A stretch of DNA of 64,000 nt, taken from assembly GCA_003649205.1 (NCBI GenBank), contig QMRC01000002.1, forward strand, positions 224,001-288,000, given 5' to 3'. Shown one piece after another: positions 61,213 to 64,000 of this stretch. Both the position numbers and the translations under genes were made by a program. The notes below the pieces were generated by a model. It was not told the DNA's origin. It saw only the letters and a list, made by a program, of their open reading frames with translations, and ran no database searches. Source of the DNA: Thermoprotei archaeon. GTDB lineage: Archaea > Thermoproteota > Thermoprotei > Thermoproteales > B15-G16. Within the stretch, counting starts at the first letter, position 1, and every line of letters begins with the position of its first letter.

Positions 61213-61431
61213 TTAGGTCTTTCTCAGTTCCTTTTCCATAGCTTTTCTCACGACCTCAGATTCGAGGTATATGAACGCTACTGCACCGAAGATACAGGCT
61301 AGTACTCCAGCTAGTTTCGTTACTGGTTCCAGCTCTATGTACATGCTCATGACGATAGCACCAACACAACCAAGCACTGCGTATAGTAGTGATCTGATGA
61401 GACTGAGACTCGGAGTAGCTGCCATACACAT
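61213..61431 (-). CDS. Small two-TM membrane protein
   Basis: Two hydrophobic helices and a charged tail. Confidence 0.55.
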   Translation of the reverse strand: MCMAATPSLSLIRSLLYAVLGCVGAIVMSMYIELEPVTKLAGVLACIFGAVAFIYLESEVVRKAMEKELRKT

Positions 61432-61485
61432 CCCTCATCTCTGCTTTCCTTCTTTCTGGTTATCTCTGTTAGCAAATGTTCTTCA

Positions 61486-61534
61486 TCAGTCGATTCCGAG
61501 GTCATCATGTATCAGCCGAGTGAGGCTTCATCAC
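61486..61534 (-). ncRNA. Box C/D guide sRNA candidate
   Basis: GTGATGA-AGCCTCACTCGG-CTGA-tac-ATGATGA-CCTCGGAATCGA-CTGA. Confidence 0.88.
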
Positions 61535-61585
61535 TCTCTACGGAGTACTACTTATCTAGTGATTAATGTCGTTACGTCTTTGTCT

Positions 61586-61634
61586 GTGATGAGGGAGTAT
61601 TGAGCTGATTGTTGATGAGGGTGCGAGTTGCTGA
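61586..61634 (+). ncRNA. Box C/D guide sRNA candidate
   Basis: GTGATGA-GGGAGTATTGAG-CTGA-ttgt-TGATGA-GGGTGCGAGTTG-CTGA. Confidence 0.88.
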
Positions 61635-61684
61635 TCAGTGAAGCGAGGCTCGGACACCAATTACCCCTGACGTGCACTCATCAC
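61635..61684 (-). ncRNA. Box C/D guide sRNA candidate (degenerate internal boxes)
   Basis: GTGATGA-GTGCACGTCAGG...GCCTCGCTTCA-CTGA, 50 nt. Confidence 0.6.
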
Positions 61685-61685
61685 C

Positions 61686-61738
61686 TCAGTTGGGCTAATC
61701 CACGATCATTGAGTCACTAAACCCTCGGGATTCATCAC
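61686..61738 (-). ncRNA. Box C/D guide sRNA candidate
   Basis: GTGATGA-ATCCCGAGGGTTTA-GTGA-ctca-ATGATC-GTGGATTAGCCCAA-CTGA. Confidence 0.7.
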
Positions 61739-61807
61739 CGGTTACCGTGGTTAGAGACTTATACCTAACTACCGTAGTGTAGAGGTGAGGGAGAAGACCT
61801 TTTTCTC

Positions 61808-61856
61808 ATGATGAGTTTGGGCGAAGCTGATTAGTGACGAAGCGTGCCGATACTGA
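61808..61856 (+). ncRNA. Box C/D guide sRNA candidate
   Basis: ATGATGA-GTTTGGGCGAAG-CTGA-ttag-TGACGA-AGCGTGCCGATA-CTGA. Confidence 0.87.
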
Positions 61857-61869
61857 TCACCAGTACTCA

Positions 61870-61909
61870 TGTATTACCCCGGTAATTCTCATCTCTTACC
61901 TCGGGTAAT
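61870..61909 (-). ncRNA. Short hairpin ending in ACA (minimal H/ACA-like candidate)
   Basis: ATTACCCGAGGTAA-GAGATGAGAA-TTACCGGGGTAAT-ACA. Confidence 0.35.
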
Positions 61910-61960
61910 CTACTTGACAACCCTATATTAACTATGAGACTTCGGTAATTGGGGTTTCAC

Positions 61961-62095
61961 TTGAGTATATGCAGGTATAGGACTCGTAAGTTGTGGTGCT
62001 GTTTGGAGTGTGGTTTTAAGTGGTTTAGTGATGGTGATTTCGATAAGTGCCCTAGATGTGGTGCTAGGTGTATTGCTCTGTTATCCTCTCTGTAG
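61961..62095 (+). CDS. Small zinc-ribbon protein (44 aa), not in ORF track
   Basis: WCCLECGFKW...KCPRCGA. Confidence 0.6.
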   Translation: MSICRYRTRKLWCCLECGFKWFSDGDFDKCPRCGARCIALLSSL

Positions 62096-62103
62096 GTTAC
62101 TTG

Positions 62104-62160
62104 TCAGCGGTACTCTTTCTCTTCATCGGTTTTCCTCACGAGGGGCGAAATTCGTCATCC
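62104..62160 (-). ncRNA. Box C/D guide sRNA candidate
   Basis: GGATGA-CGAATTTCGCCCCTC-GTGA...CGATGA-AGAGAAAGAGTACCG-CTGA; ATTTCGCCCCT is complementary to 16S AGGGGCGAAAU. Confidence 0.75.
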
Positions 62161-62229
62161 GCTTTCGGTACTTGTTGAGGGTATAGATATTTCTTCCCCA
62201 CTTCTTGAATGTGTATCTGGTGATTTCAC

Positions 62230-63189
62230 ATGACTACTATCCTCGTTACCGGTGGTGCAGGTTTCATCGGTAGTCACTTAGTTGATAAGTTGCTGGAGAT
62301 GGGGTTTAGAGTTAGAGTAGTTGATAATTTGAGTAGTGGGTCTCTAGACAATATCAAGCACAATATTGGTAATCCAAATTTCGAGTTTATTCATGGAGAC
62401 CTTAAGGATTTTAATACATGTCTAAAGGCTGTACAGGATGCTGATGTTGTATATCACCTAGCTGCTAATCCAGAAGTTAGAGTAAGTGTTACGGAACCTG
62501 AAGTTCATTTCAGAGAAAATGTTATTGCTACATTCAATCTTCTTGAAGCTTGTAGGAAAGTTGGATGTGTTAGGAAGTTCATTTTTGCTAGCTCTAGTAC
62601 GGTCTATGGTGATGCAACAATATTTCCAACACCTGAAGGTCATGTGCTGAAGCCAATAAGTGTCTACGGTGCATCTAAAGCTGCGTGTGAGGCATTGATA
62701 TGCTCGTACGCGCATCTCTACGGCTTTAGAGCTGCATCCATAAGATATGCCAACATAGTGGGTCCAAGATTAAGACATGGAGTTGTGTACGACTTCCTAA
62801 TGAAGTTGAGGAGAAATCCCAATGTTTTAGAGGTTTTAGGTGATGGTACGCAGAGAAAGAGCTACCTATACATCACAGATGCCGTTGATGCTACTGTGCT
62901 TATAGCTGAGAGATTAGCTACAACCTTTGACACGTACAATGTAGGTAATGATGACTGGATCACTGTACGTGAAATAGCTGAAATAGTGTGCTCAGTCTTA
63001 GGTTTAAAACCCAAGATCGTGTTCACAGGTGGAACACCAGATGGACGTGGTTGGCCTGGTGATGTCAAGTTCATGCTATTAGACACAAGAAAGCTCAAGG
63101 AACTAGGTTGGAGACCTAAATACAGCAGTAAAGAAGCAATTAGGCTGACCGCAGAAGCTCTTGCACATGAGCTACATCTAAAACCCTAA
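62230..63189 (+). CDS. NAD-dependent epimerase/dehydratase (GalE-like)
   Basis: TGGAGFIG, ASSSTVYG, YGASK. Confidence 0.93.
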   Translation: MTTILVTGGAGFIGSHLVDKLLEMGFRVRVVDNLSSGSLDNIKHNIGNPNFEFIHGDLKDFNTCLKAVQDADVVYHLAANPEVRVSVTEPEVHFRENVIATFNLLEACRKVGCVRKFIFASSSTVYGDATIFPTPEGHVLKPISVYGASKAACEALICSYAHLYGFRAASIRYANIVGPRLRHGVVYDFLMKLRRNPNVLEVLGDGTQRKSYLYITDAVDATVLIAERLATTFDTYNVGNDDWITVREIAEIVCSVLGLKPKIVFTGGTPDGRGWPGDVKFMLLDTRKLKELGWRPKYSSKEAIRLTAEALAHELHLKP

Positions 63190-63241
63190 TTACCTAGTTA
63201 GAGGTGAAGTCTTCTCAAATACTTAGGGGGTGAGTTAGTGA

Positions 63242-63580
63242 ATGCAGGAAATAGAGATTAAGCCTAAAGGGAGATGGGAAGTTGTGTTTCAAGAAGCAGA
63301 TAAGTGGCAATGTGGTATCTACGTTCCTGAGTTTACGTCTATGGAGGAGATTACTTGGTTGGAGAAACATGATGCTCCAGAGCTATTCTACCTAGTAAGA
63401 GGTTCAGTGGTATTAGTTATAAGTCCTGATGGAAAGGAGATAAGAGAAGTACCTATGCGAGAAGGTGTAATCTACATAGTAGATGAGTGGCACAATGCGT
63501 ATAGACCGAGAGGTGTAGAGGGTACTGTGCTTGTGATAGAGAGGGTAGGTATCTCAACTCAATACCTAAAACTGAAGTAG
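63242..63580 (+). CDS. Cupin-fold protein
   Basis: LEKH..ELFY...WHN. Confidence 0.75.
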   Translation: MQEIEIKPKGRWEVVFQEADKWQCGIYVPEFTSMEEITWLEKHDAPELFYLVRGSVVLVISPDGKEIREVPMREGVIYIVDEWHNAYRPRGVEGTVLVIERVGISTQYLKLK

Positions 63581-63581
63581 T

Positions 63582-64000
63582 TCATAGATCTCTTCTCAAT
63601 CCAACATCAATATTCACTACCCAACCCCTCTTAGCACCTGCCTCGATACCTGCCTTCAGTACCCGCTCTGCAATGTCCTTACTTGGTGCGAGAGCTATTA
63701 GTGAGCCTCCTAATCCTGCACCTGAGATCTTTACTCCTAGAGCACCAGCACTTAGTGCAGCATCTCGAATTCTCTCGAGTTCAGGTAAGCTTAAGTCGTA
63801 GAGGTCTCTAAGTAAGGCGTGTTGCTGATTCATTATAACACCAATTAGGTGAAGTATGGGATCACTGGATCTAAGCGCCTTCTCTACATCTCGTCTCCAC
63901 TCATCACCCAATATCGAGGTTATGTAGTCCAGATCTGGTACCTCACCTCTCATAATCTTAAGCGCTAACTCGGTAGATCTGTGCTCTCTAATCGTGAAGA
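63582..64000 (-). CDS. GHMP kinase (galactokinase/mevalonate kinase-like), 5' end outside window
   Basis: HALLRDLYDLS.PEL, GVKISGAGLGG. Confidence 0.85.
   Translation of the reverse strand, partial: FTIREHRSTELALKIMRGEVPDLDYITSILGDEWRRDVEKALRSSDPILHLIGVIMNQQHALLRDLYDLSLPELERIRDAALSAGALGVKISGAGLGGSLIALAPSKDIAERVLKAGIEAGAKRGWVVNIDVGLRRDL

Noticed and set aside
61271-61603. 110-aa plus-strand ORF
   Set aside because: Antisense to the small membrane gene and runs through C/D sRNAs; no protein features.

Overview
The window is hyperthermophilic archaeal chromosome, most likely Thermoproteota/Crenarchaeota (GAPOR, egsA, Alba, FEN1, Cdc48, EF-1beta, intron-containing GC-rich tRNAs, UbiD/AcnX modified mevalonate genes). 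It holds about 70 protein genes and 5 tRNAs: Arg-UCG, Val-UAC with intron, Val-GAC, Pro-CGG and Lys-UUU with intron. Reading the intergenic DNA on both strands shows about 21 box C/D guide sRNA candidates and about 7 K-turn/H-ACA-like hairpin RNAs, mostly in two dense arrays (39.0-39.65 kb and 59.1-62.2 kb). Other points of interest are a stand-alone divergent CdhA-type CO dehydrogenase overlapping hypD, an Mrp/Mbh membrane arm with no catalytic subunits, an orphan Csa3 between two paralogous wHTH genes next to a truncated SipW/TasA-like pilin gene, a free-standing LAGLIDADG gene, and a saw-tooth A/C-to-G/T strand asymmetry that flips several times. No CRISPR array, rRNA gene or transposase was seen. 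All calls come from manual motif reading; no database searches were run.
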